64,000 bases of DNA from Victivallis vadensis. Lineage in GTDB: Bacteria > Verrucomicrobiota > Lentisphaeria > Victivallales > GWF2-50-93. The stretch spans positions 25,859 through 89,858 of the forward strand of contig CAMCYE010000003.1 in NCBI GenBank assembly GCA_945883805.1, in the 5' to 3' direction. Position 1 is the stretch's first letter. Each line of letters opens with the position of its first letter. The translations under genes were made by a program, and so were the position numbers. The notes beneath the pieces were generated by a model that saw only the letters and a list, made by a program, of their open reading frames with translations, ran no database searches and was not told the origin of the DNA. Shown here piece by piece: positions 8,380 to 17,250 of the stretch.

Positions 8380-9405
8380 ATCAGCAATCTCCTCTACAAC
8401 CATTTCCAGACCTTTGACAACTCTTGCCATCTTGTCGAAATCAAGTTTGTCGGGAATGTCGGAGGGAGTGTGATAATACGGATATCTGAAAGGCGCGGTG
8501 TCGGTGACCATCAGGGCGGGATATCCCATTTCCCAAAACGCCCAGTGATCCGACCATCCTACTCCGGGAATATCGGCGTATATTGCCGCCCCTTCGCATG
8601 GAAATTTAACTTTCCCCCTGAAAATCCCGACGCTTTTCCTGACAAGGCTCCGCGATGAGATATTACCGATGAAACCGACAAAGTTCCCCCTGTCCGGATA
8701 AAACCTGTTCAACGGGTACGGATAGTTCTGACTTCCGGTCTCGTCAGAATAATAACCGATCGTTTCAAGGCTGAACATTCCGACAATGTTTTCCTTTCTG
8801 TTTTTACACTCTTTTGCATAAACATAACTTCCCATGGAGCTTGTCTGAAAAAACGGAGGTTCTTCATTTGGAAAAGTTGCGAATCTCACAGTCCTGTCGA
8901 AAGTCCTGCCTGAAAACATTCTTGCAAGTTCGAGTACGGCGGCAACGCCGGACGCATTGTCATTTGCCGCACGGCACCTATCCAAGGGCGCAGAATCATA
9001 ATGGGCGCCGATGACGATTATTTCATCCGGATATTTTGCGCCCTTTATTTCTGCAACAATATTCTCGTACGGGAAATTGCCGTTTTTAGAAGCATCCCTG
9101 TAAGCTGCTGTTAAACTGACATCAACCTTGAAAGAAGACCTTTCAGGCTTGTACCCGTATTCGGAAAACTTCGCTTCGATATAATCCGCAGAATCGCGGA
9201 GGCCGTCCGGATAGAGGAAATTTCTCTGTCCGATTTTCAGGGCAAGATACTCCACATGCGATCTGAGACCTGAGGAAATTTCCTTTTCGGCCACGGAAAG
9301 TTCAGGCAGAACTCCTGAATAACTCTTCCCAGGCATGGAAACCATGTAATATATTCCTGCAGCCATAGCAAGCGCGACAGCTGCAAGAATAAACACAATC
9401 CTCAT
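8371..9405 (-). CDS. M28 family metallopeptidase (aminopeptidase-like), membrane anchored
   Basis: VIGAHYDSAP...ANDNASGVAAVLELAR...FPNEEPPFF...SDHWAFW are M28 zinc-ligand motifs. N-terminal TM MRIVFILAAVALAMAAGIYY. The start is uncertain: the ORF stays open up to 9510, which would overlap the upstream gene. Confidence 0.8.
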   Translation of the reverse strand: MRIVFILAAVALAMAAGIYYMVSMPGKSYSGVLPELSVAEKEISSGLRSHVEYLALKIGQRNFLYPDGLRDSADYIEAKFSEYGYKPERSSFKVDVSLTAAYRDASKNGNFPYENIVAEIKGAKYPDEIIVIGAHYDSAPLDRCRAANDNASGVAAVLELARMFSGRTFDRTVRFATFPNEEPPFFQTSSMGSYVYAKECKNRKENIVGMFSLETIGYYSDETGSQNYPYPLNRFYPDRGNFVGFIGNISSRSLVRKSVGIFRGKVKFPCEGAAIYADIPGVGWSDHWAFWEMGYPALMVTDTAPFRYPYYHTPSDIPDKLDFDKMARVVKGLEMVVEEIADLW

Positions 9406-9469
9406 CAGGGATTTTTTCTCGGCAAATCTTACTTTCACAATGTTTATAAAAAATCCGCCCTCGGATTTT

Positions 9470-11497
9470 TTATTCTTCCTCTTCGGTGACAGTCTTATTG
9501 TAGTTTTCAATTATCTGCTTGGCTACAATGGATGGAACCTGGTTATACCTTGAAAACTCCATTTCAAAGGAGCCGCACCCCTGAGTAAGACTGCGAAGTT
9601 CGCTGGCGTAACGCGCCATTTCCGCGAGCGGCACCTCTGCGTTGACCACTTCCATCCCCTCTTCAATGTTTATTCCGAGAATGTGTCCGCGCCGATGGTT
9701 CAGATCACCGGTAATGTCTCCCATATACTTGCTGGGAACCATTATTTTGACCTTCTGTATTGGTTCAAGAAGAATGGGTTTGGCAAGCTGCATGGCTTTC
9801 TTGAAAGCGGCTCTGGACGCTATTTTAAACGCCATTTCAGAGGAGTCTACGTCGTGGTCCTTCCCGTCATAGACGGCAACCGTCATGTTCTCGACATGAC
9901 ATCCGGCGAGAGGCCCTTTAACCATGGCTTCGCGCACGCCTTTTTCAACAGCGGGAATATAATTTTTCGGGATGCTGCCGCCGAATACGTCGTTCACAAA
10001 CTCAAAACCTGCGGGATTTGGAGAAACACGGAGGAACACTTCAGCGAACTGTCCATGTCCGCCACTCTGTTTTTTGTGCCTGTGCTGACCTTCCCCTTTC
10101 GATGTGATCGTCTCCCTGTACGGGATTTTGGGGCTGGAGAGATGGACTTCTATCTTGTTGTTGTTCTTGAGTTTCTTGACGACCTGATGTATATGCTGGT
10201 CTCCCATTCCGCGGAGCAGCTGCTCATGGGTCTCGTCATTGCGTTCAAGCTTGATTGTCGGATCGCTGTCGGCGATTTTTATCAGTCCTGCCATTATCTT
10301 CTCCTCCTCGCCGGCCTTGACCGCTGTGACAGCATAGGACATTACAGGGTTCGGGAATGGAATCGGCTCGAAAAGCATATCGCCTGAAACTGTTGAAATG
10401 GTGTTTGATATTTTCGTGCTCTTGAGTTTTGCCACGGCTACAATGAACCCGGGAAGGGCCTCGGTTATCGGAGTCTGGATCTTCCCGTTAACGATCATGA
10501 GGGAGCCATATCTCTCCTTTTCCCTTGACGAACGGTTGAACATTTCAGATTCAGCTATGAACTTGCCGCTGTAGACACGGTAGAAATTAAGATGGCCTAT
10601 GAACGGATCAATAATTGACTTGAACACGAGCGCCATGCCCGGCCCGTCCTCCTTGAGCGCAAGTTTCTTATCGTCCTTCATTTCCTTTTCGCCTGCGGCG
10701 AGAGGATTCGGGAACAGATTTGCAATCGCATCAATAAGCTCGGTCACTCCGATATCCTTAATTGAACTTCCGGCGAATACCGGAACAAGAGTCCCCCTGC
10801 TTATCGCCTTGTTAAGGCCCTTTAGAATCTCCTCGTCCGAAAACTGCTGCCCTTCAAGATAGCGCACCATCAGTTCCTCGTCCGCCTCCGCAATGGCGTC
10901 CATAAGTTTCTCCCGGTACAATGCGACATCTGCGGCAATATCATCTGGAATATCCTTGCCGCTAATCACGTTCACCACTTTGCTTAAATCTTTCTCTCTG
11001 CCAAGCGGAACAGTGATCGGGATGCATATTGTTTTGCCATAGGCTTCCTGTATCTGTTCGAGCACCCTGTTGAAATCTGAAAGTTCGCGGTCAAGCCTAT
11101 TGATGAAAAACATTCTCGGAAGATTTCTTTCCCTTGCAAGCGTCCAGGCCTTGCTCGTACCGACTTCGAGACCTGTCACTCCGTCAACGACAAGCAAAAC
11201 AGCGTCGCTGCTATGGATTGCAGCTATTGTCTCCCCGATGAATTCCCCGTATCCAGGAGTGTCGAGGAAGAAGAAATGATGGTTGTTCCAGGCGCAGTTA
11301 AGGGCTGTCGCGTAAATGCTGCTGAGTTTTTCCTGTTCGTCCGGGGTGTAGTCCGAAACACTGGTCATGTGATCCACGCTTCCCAGTCGTTCAACGGCTT
11401 TAGCCTTGAAAAGCATAAGATCACAAAGTGTCGTCTTGCCGCTGCTTGTGTGACCCGCCACCGCAAAATTCCGAATTTTGTCAACAGATACTTTCAT
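9470..11497 (-). CDS. elongation factor G paralog (EF-G family translational GTPase)
   Basis: G1 AGHTSSGKTT, G3 FLDTPGYGEF and G4 NRLD, followed by EF-G domains II-V (HRHKKQSGGHGQFAEV...GGSIPKNYIPAVEKG). Confidence 0.85.
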   Translation of the reverse strand: MKVSVDKIRNFAVAGHTSSGKTTLCDLMLFKAKAVERLGSVDHMTSVSDYTPDEQEKLSSIYATALNCAWNNHHFFFLDTPGYGEFIGETIAAIHSSDAVLLVVDGVTGLEVGTSKAWTLARERNLPRMFFINRLDRELSDFNRVLEQIQEAYGKTICIPITVPLGREKDLSKVVNVISGKDIPDDIAADVALYREKLMDAIAEADEELMVRYLEGQQFSDEEILKGLNKAISRGTLVPVFAGSSIKDIGVTELIDAIANLFPNPLAAGEKEMKDDKKLALKEDGPGMALVFKSIIDPFIGHLNFYRVYSGKFIAESEMFNRSSREKERYGSLMIVNGKIQTPITEALPGFIVAVAKLKSTKISNTISTVSGDMLFEPIPFPNPVMSYAVTAVKAGEEEKIMAGLIKIADSDPTIKLERNDETHEQLLRGMGDQHIHQVVKKLKNNNKIEVHLSSPKIPYRETITSKGEGQHRHKKQSGGHGQFAEVFLRVSPNPAGFEFVNDVFGGSIPKNYIPAVEKGVREAMVKGPLAGCHVENMTVAVYDGKDHDVDSSEMAFKIASRAAFKKAMQLAKPILLEPIQKVKIMVPSKYMGDITGDLNHRRGHILGINIEEGMEVVNAEVPLAEMARYASELRSLTQGCGSFEMEFSRYNQVPSIVAKQIIENYNKTVTEEEE

Positions 11498-11751
11498 CAG
11501 ACAACTCCAGGTTTTATTGTTTTTATTTTAACTCTGACTATTCGATAAAAACATTCCCCGCCCCTGCCCATTGGTCAGGGCGGATTTAAAAACATAGCCG
11601 AATGTTTTGGAATTGTAAAGGTACCCCTCAAGGATATCCTGAAAATTTTATGAGATGCGCATCGCATGCCAAATTTAGGATGAAGCCTTGCATTTTCCGG
11701 CAAAAGTTGTATATAATTTTAGAAAAAGAAACAACTGCTCTGTCGAGGCAA

Positions 11752-12537
11752 ATGCTGGACACCGTCAAAAAATACATAGTCAACGACAACATCGGCCCCG
11801 TTGATGTTGTCGCAGGCACCCATGTGGGTCTGGTAAGGGAAGTCAACGAAGACAGCTATGTTTACTGCGTCAACGAAAACCACGAAAACACATTTGTGGC
11901 GGTTGCGGACGGGATAGGCGGACACGACAGCGGGGACATCGCAAGCAGAATGTGCAGTCGCATCCTGCTCACTGAATGGAGGAACCGCCAACTCTGGCGT
12001 CACTCGTCGTCAGCCGAGGTTATGAAATTCCTAGAAACTGAAATAGTAAAATCAAATGAGGCCATTTACAGGCTCAACAAGACTTTCAACGTACAGCATC
12101 CCATGGGGACAACCCTTGTCGCAGGGGTGTTCACCCCTAATTCGGTGATCGTTGCGCATGCAGGAGACAGCAGATGCTACAGAATGCGGAAAAGTGTCTT
12201 GGAATCCATCACACAGGATCACAGCTTCGTGGCCGAACTCATAAAAAGGAACATCATCAGCAGGGAGGAATCGAAAAACCATCCATTCGCCCATATAATT
12301 TCAAAATCCATCGGAACAAACCTTGATTTCAAACCGGAAATAAATATTTTTGACAGAAGGCCCGGAGACAGATTCCTTTTCTGTTCGGACGGTGCAAATG
12401 TCCATCTGGAAGATGCACAGATCGAAATAATAATCAATGACGCCTCTACCCCCTATGAAGCCGTAAAAAACATCATTTACTCGTCATTGCGTGGCGGCGG
12501 AGAAGACAACATCACCGCGCTTTGCGTCTTCACATAA
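11752..12537 (+). CDS. PP2C-family Ser/Thr protein phosphatase
   Basis: REVNEDSY, VADGIGGHDSGDIAS, AHAGDSRCY, FLFCSDG and GGEDNITALCV. ATG 11752 is preceded by GAGG; the longer ORF from 11602 lacks homology-like sequence. Confidence 0.88.
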   Translation: MLDTVKKYIVNDNIGPVDVVAGTHVGLVREVNEDSYVYCVNENHENTFVAVADGIGGHDSGDIASRMCSRILLTEWRNRQLWRHSSSAEVMKFLETEIVKSNEAIYRLNKTFNVQHPMGTTLVAGVFTPNSVIVAHAGDSRCYRMRKSVLESITQDHSFVAELIKRNIISREESKNHPFAHIISKSIGTNLDFKPEINIFDRRPGDRFLFCSDGANVHLEDAQIEIIINDASTPYEAVKNIIYSSLRGGGEDNITALCVFT

Positions 12538-12598
12538 AATTTTCCCGAAACACGGAAAATTTTATAAATAAACCAATATAAATTTTAGGATAAAATTT

Positions 12599-13570
12599 AT
12601 GAAAATACTTGTTACCGGAGGCGCAGGATACATCGGAAGCGCCTGTACTGAATATCTTCTCGACAAAGGCTACGCAGTCACCGTCTTTGATTCTCTTGTC
12701 ACAGGGCACAGGGATGCCGTTGACAAGCGCGCCGAATTCTTGGAAGGGGATATTTCCAACCGCGAACTGATTATCAACGTGCTGAAAAAAGGAGGGTTCG
12801 ACGGAATAATGCATTTCGCCGCGTATTCCCTCGTCGGAGAGTCGATGACAAATCCGGGAAAATATTTCCAGAACAATCTAGGTGCCGGAATAAATCTCCT
12901 TGACGGGGCGGTTGAGGGAAAGGTCAAGTCTTTTGTCTTCTCAAGCACCTGCGCCACGTACGGCGAGCCGACACAGATTCCTATTCCGGAAAACGAAAAA
13001 CAGTCCCCGATAAGCCCCTACGGCGAATCAAAGCTGATGTTTGAGAAGGCATTGAAATGGTACAGTTCCATCTTCGGACTCAAATATGTGGCCCTCCGTT
13101 ATTTCAACGCCGCCGGCGCCTCGAAAAATTTCGGTGAAGACCATAATCCTGAAACTCATCTTGTCCCGATTGTCTTGAAAGTCGCCCTCGGAAAAATGAA
13201 AAGCATAAAGATCTTCGGCGACGACTATCCTACGCCGGACGGCACCTGCATCAGGGATTACATCCACATCCTGGATCTCGCGCAGGCACACGAGCTTGCA
13301 CTCCACTCACCGCGCAGCGGCCATTACAATCTTGGCACAGGCAACGGATGCAGTGTAAAGGAAATAATAGAAGCCTCAAGAAAAATCACCGGACACGCCA
13401 TTCCCGCCGAACTAGTCGGCCGCCGTCCCGGCGACCCTCCGCGCCTGATCGGATGTTCCGACCTCGCCAAAAAAGAACTCGGATGGAAACCCCGGTTTGA
13501 AAATGCCGAAGCCGTAGTCCAGTCCGCCTGGGACTGGGCAAAAAATAATCCGGAAGGATACCTCTCATGA
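12599..13570 (+). CDS. galE: UDP-glucose 4-epimerase
   Basis: MKILVTGGAGYIGS Rossmann motif, SSTCATYG, YGESKLMFE (YxxxK) and ALRYFNAAGA. Confidence 0.92.
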   Translation: MKILVTGGAGYIGSACTEYLLDKGYAVTVFDSLVTGHRDAVDKRAEFLEGDISNRELIINVLKKGGFDGIMHFAAYSLVGESMTNPGKYFQNNLGAGINLLDGAVEGKVKSFVFSSTCATYGEPTQIPIPENEKQSPISPYGESKLMFEKALKWYSSIFGLKYVALRYFNAAGASKNFGEDHNPETHLVPIVLKVALGKMKSIKIFGDDYPTPDGTCIRDYIHILDLAQAHELALHSPRSGHYNLGTGNGCSVKEIIEASRKITGHAIPAELVGRRPGDPPRLIGCSDLAKKELGWKPRFENAEAVVQSAWDWAKNNPEGYLS

Positions 13571-13938
13571 AATCACTGAGCAAAATAATGGTTTTAGCGG
13601 TTCTGTTTTCAATTCCAGTTATGCTCTCCTCGTGTAGCAATACCGGCGGTCTTTCCCATGGTACAGGCACACAGGTGGATCTCGGCAAAAAAAATTACAG
13701 GGTTGTAAAATCCAACGCCACAGGCACCAGCTGGGGTTTCTGGCTTTTGGGATTTATTCCGATTATTCCGACAAGTCAAACTGAAGCGATCACACATATG
13801 TGTGAAAAATCAAGTCTGAATGAAGGCACAGCCCAGGCATACATAAATGTCGCAGAAGAAAAATCAACCATATACCTGATACTTTTCTCGCTTCCAAAAA
13901 TATCAGTGCGCGCGGATATTGTGGAGTTTACAGAGTAA
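13567..13938 (+). CDS. small lipoprotein, function unknown
   Basis: Signal peptide plus lipobox (VLFSIPVMLSSC). ATGA start/stop overlap with galE. 123 aa. Confidence 0.6.
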   Translation: MKSLSKIMVLAVLFSIPVMLSSCSNTGGLSHGTGTQVDLGKKNYRVVKSNATGTSWGFWLLGFIPIIPTSQTEAITHMCEKSSLNEGTAQAYINVAEEKSTIYLILFSLPKISVRADIVEFTE

Positions 13939-13983
13939 CTTATACTTATAGGAATCTTGTACTATTGCAATTATCTCAAGGCA

Positions 13984-14964
13984 CTATGATTCTTTGATGT
14001 GCTTGAGGATTGCCTTATATGCCCAGCTGTCCCATTCGGGATCCACTCCTATGCCTTTGAGATCCCCGTAGTTTTTCAGGATGAGGAAACCTTCAAAGTG
14101 CTCGAACATCTCTTCAACACCCTTTTCGATGATATGGCGATTTCCGGTAGGAAGGATTTTCTGGATGTCTATCGGAGACCACAGCGCAGCCTTGTGCTTC
14201 TTCAGCAGCCGGGAAAGGTCAGGCATATCATAAACGGTTGGTTGGTCAAATTGGAAACAGTCAACTCCCGCATTCAGGAGAGGTTCCAGTATTTCCCGGT
14301 TCTTACCGCAGGAATGCATCAGCACTTTCATCCCGCATTCATGCGCCATACCAAAAAGCCTGGCGTACAGGTCTCCGAAATATTCCTGCCACAATTGAGG
14401 GGAAAATAAAATCCCGTTTTGGGTACCCATGTCTTCACAGAAGAATATGCCTTCTGCTCCGGCTTTTCCGGCCGCCTGAATCACTTGTTCAAAAACTACG
14501 GCCACTTTATCGTGAAGATGTCTGAGTTCTTCCGGATAAAGAAGCATGTCCATCAGATAATTTTCCATCTTCCGCAGATAGCGGGAGGATGCGAAAACCC
14601 AGCCCGGCATTCCTGCGAGTTTGAATTTATCATTATTGTGCAGAAAATCTTTGCGATATGCGTCAACGGTTTCATTAAAATCAAAATGAGGAACCTTCAG
14701 ATCCTTCAGCTGCGCCCAATCTTCAATCGCCGGCTTGGTTATCTCCCCGGCAGCACAACCATCAGTCATCCGAGCCCAAATGTTACCCCACATGTCATCA
14801 TAATATTCTAGCTGCCCCTCCACCCATTTTTTTTGAGTATAGCCTTTAGGCGTTCCCGGACTGCCATAGACCATGTCGTTTTTCCTGTCGTTGCTAAAGG
14901 TGAGTCCAGCCCTCGGAGGATTGCAATGTCCGAAATTTGCGCAAATTATTTCTTTCGAGTTCAT
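13984..14964 (-). CDS. uroporphyrinogen decarboxylase (URO-D) family protein, MtaA/CmuA-like Zn-type (second paralog)
   Basis: GIFFCEDMGTQNGILFSPQLWQEYF...MKVLMHSCGKNREILEPLLNAGVDCFQFDQP with an H-x-C motif. ATG 14964 is preceded by AAAGG; the ORF track extends to 15051. Confidence 0.8.
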   Translation of the reverse strand: MNSKEIICANFGHCNPPRAGLTFSNDRKNDMVYGSPGTPKGYTQKKWVEGQLEYYDDMWGNIWARMTDGCAAGEITKPAIEDWAQLKDLKVPHFDFNETVDAYRKDFLHNNDKFKLAGMPGWVFASSRYLRKMENYLMDMLLYPEELRHLHDKVAVVFEQVIQAAGKAGAEGIFFCEDMGTQNGILFSPQLWQEYFGDLYARLFGMAHECGMKVLMHSCGKNREILEPLLNAGVDCFQFDQPTVYDMPDLSRLLKKHKAALWSPIDIQKILPTGNRHIIEKGVEEMFEHFEGFLILKNYGDLKGIGVDPEWDSWAYKAILKHIKES

Positions 14965-15033
14965 TTGAAAAACCTTTGTTTGTTGATAATTGTCTATTAT
15001 AATATCCGTTTGCAACTTAACAAATGTTTTATT

Positions 15034-15060
15034 TTGACAATATTTTGTCAAATATTGACA
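15034..15060. promoter_or_regulatory. three alternating TTGACA(A) half-sites in a divergent control region
   Basis: TTGACAA-TATT-TTGTCAA-ATA-TTGACA gives two overlapping perfect palindromes between the URO-D gene (-) and the AraC gene (+). TTGACA also equals the sigma-70 -35 consensus. Confidence 0.3.
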
Positions 15061-15062
15061 GA

Positions 15063-15143
15063 AGTAACACAGGCTTTAGCCTGTAGTTAAAAGCAAAAAG
15101 AAGAATACAGGCAAAAAAATTGCAGGCTAAGGCCCGCATTACT
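15063..15143. repeat. family-2 palindromic intergenic element, copy A (81 bp)
   Basis: AGTAACACAGGCTTTAGCCTGTAGTTAAA-[spacer]-AATTGCAGGCTAAGGCCCGCATTACT. The arms are complementary apart from transition-type mismatches. Nearly identical to 37414-37489. Confidence 0.8.
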
Positions 15144-15179
15144 CCAGAAGATACATTAGATACAAGGGATGATAGTATC

Positions 15180-16130
15180 ATGGCCTCCAGTTTCGAATAC
15201 ATCAGGACGGGACATGGAATACCGGATTCACAGCTCTTGGGGGTGAACAGTCCGGACGCTTTTTTCTTTTTCCGCATACAGACATTCCATCTGGAGGAAA
15301 TACCAAAACAAATCACAAGGAAACCGCCCCCTTCACATATCCATAATGTCTTCCATATTGTTTTTTTCACTGAAGACAGTGAAAAAAACTTCTTCATGCT
15401 AAAAGGGCGGAAAACTGAATCGGAACCTGGCACTTTGGTGATGACTGCCCCAGAAGATTCACACTCCTTCAGCCCATTGGACCCAAGCAGGACTGTGTAT
15501 CATGAACTGACATTCAGCCTGGAAAATGAAAACGGGCCTTTTCTCGGCAACTGGAATCAGCTCATGTCCTATTACTCAGGCCATGAAGACATTTCCATTC
15601 CCACACTGACAAAACTTGACTCCAATATGATGCATACACTTGACAAGCATTTCCGCGAACTGGGAGTTTTACTGGAAAGCCACGGAGGAGGAAATCATAT
15701 GGCGGCACTGAAAAAAGTGCTGGACATATTGTATTTGTTAAAAGTGGATGTTTTTACTGAAAAAAATTCCGGATACAAGGATAATCCCCTGAAAAACGCG
15801 AAAAGATATATTGAAATGCATTTTCAAGACGATCTGGACTTAAAAGGGCTTGGTCTGCGTTTTTTCATGTCTCCCGAACATCTCTGCCGCAAATTCAAGT
15901 CTGTTTACGGGATATCGCCTTTGAAGCTTGCCGTAGAACTGAAGATTTCCGCCGCAAAGAACATGTTGCTTCACTCCGAACAGAGCATCAAGGAAATTTC
16001 CGACAGTCTGGGTTTTTCCGACGTGTATGCGTTTTCCAAATCATTCAGGAAAAACACCGGTGTCCCTCCAGGCAAATTCAGAAAAGGCATCCCTGAGCCA
16101 ATTTCAAAAGTAGTCAGAAGTAAAACCTAA
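15180..16130 (+). CDS. AraC-family transcriptional regulator (cupin-like N-terminus)
   Basis: C-terminal double HTH (LGLRFFMSPEHLCRKFKSVYGISPLK...IKEISDSLGFSDVYAFSKSFRKNTGVPPGKFRK). ATG 15180 follows AAGGGA. The TTG 15120 start in the ORF track lies inside the repeat. Confidence 0.82.
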   Translation: MASSFEYIRTGHGIPDSQLLGVNSPDAFFFFRIQTFHLEEIPKQITRKPPPSHIHNVFHIVFFTEDSEKNFFMLKGRKTESEPGTLVMTAPEDSHSFSPLDPSRTVYHELTFSLENENGPFLGNWNQLMSYYSGHEDISIPTLTKLDSNMMHTLDKHFRELGVLLESHGGGNHMAALKKVLDILYLLKVDVFTEKNSGYKDNPLKNAKRYIEMHFQDDLDLKGLGLRFFMSPEHLCRKFKSVYGISPLKLAVELKISAAKNMLLHSEQSIKEISDSLGFSDVYAFSKSFRKNTGVPPGKFRKGIPEPISKVVRSKT

Positions 16131-16149
16131 TTTGAGTTCAAATTCAATT

Positions 16150-16177
16150 CTGTCTCCTGTCTTCTGACTCCTGAATT
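16150..16177. repeat. four tandem heptamers CTGTCTC/CTGTCTT/CTGACTC/CTGAATT
   Basis: Read directly from the spacer downstream of the AraC gene. Confidence 0.6.
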
Positions 16178-16245
16178 CCTAGTATTGTGAAATAATTACC
16201 CCAAAATGAATTTATAAATCAGTTTCACAAGTTAAAGTAATCGCC

Positions 16246-17232
16246 ATGAATACAAAAATTAAAAAGCTCTTCTGGTTCACGCTCAGAATCCTGCTGGCAG
16301 CCGGAATTATCGGCTGGCTGGTTTACAAGAATTACGACAAGCTTGCAGATGCCGTACTTAAAATCAATCCGCTGTGGCTGATTCCGGCGGTCCTTCTTTA
16401 CACCCTTCATATTGCCGCAGGCGCATGGAGATGGCAGATACTGCTTAAGGTTCAAAAAATCCACCTCTCATTTTTCGAATCCCTTTCCCTGACGCTACAG
16501 GCTCTTTTCTTTTCCCTTGTGATCCCCGGTGGCGCAGTCGGGGGCGACCTGGCAAAAGCCGGATTCATCGCGGCAAGGACGCAGAAAGGGGAACGACTCA
16601 AAGGCGTATTCACCATTCTTATTGACCGTGTCGTCGGAATGATCGCACTGTTCTCAATTGCCGGTATCGTAGGAATAATGTCAATCAAATTTCTGAGAAG
16701 CCTGTCCGGCATCATGGAACTTGTCATTTATGCCCTGATTTTCGGATGCATCATGGGCCTGATTTCGGCGGCCGTGCTTTTCTTTCACAGGAATCTGGAG
16801 AGAATAAACATATTCTCCTGGCTCATCTCCCACGGAAACAGAATGTCAAAAGGAGCTCTCCACAATCTCATGAGCGCAATGGACGACTTCAGGTCCGAAT
16901 ACAAAACACTTATATTCTGTTTTGCCATAAGTGTCATATTGGTGCATCTGAATATTGCATTGATCGTGTATTTGATCGGACACGGTACCGGTGCCGACAA
17001 CCTGACTTTCTCCCTTTCCATACTGACATCCTCCCTCGCAAACACTGTGGGAGCCCTGCCTATAACCCCGTCCGGCGTAGGAACCAGGGATTATGTTTTC
17101 GAAAAACTGCTCAGTGCCGGCGGAATAAAGGAACAGGCCCTCTTGATACCGTTGATCTACACTTCAATATTCCTCTGCTTCAATTTTTTTGGCGGACTTA
17201 TATTCATTTTCAGTAAAAAGAAGAAAGCGTAA
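16246..17232 (+). CDS. polytopic membrane protein, UPF0104 / lysyl-phosphatidylglycerol-synthase-TM-region-like (flippase-like)
   Basis: About 8 hydrophobic helices. The N-terminal pattern LLAAGIIGWLVYKNYDKL...AGAWRWQILL is typical of the flippase-like domain family. No catalytic domain. Confidence 0.65.
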   Translation: MNTKIKKLFWFTLRILLAAGIIGWLVYKNYDKLADAVLKINPLWLIPAVLLYTLHIAAGAWRWQILLKVQKIHLSFFESLSLTLQALFFSLVIPGGAVGGDLAKAGFIAARTQKGERLKGVFTILIDRVVGMIALFSIAGIVGIMSIKFLRSLSGIMELVIYALIFGCIMGLISAAVLFFHRNLERINIFSWLISHGNRMSKGALHNLMSAMDDFRSEYKTLIFCFAISVILVHLNIALIVYLIGHGTGADNLTFSLSILTSSLANTVGALPITPSGVGTRDYVFEKLLSAGGIKEQALLIPLIYTSIFLCFNFFGGLIFIFSKKKKA

Positions 17233-17250
17233 AACTTATTAGGAATCATC

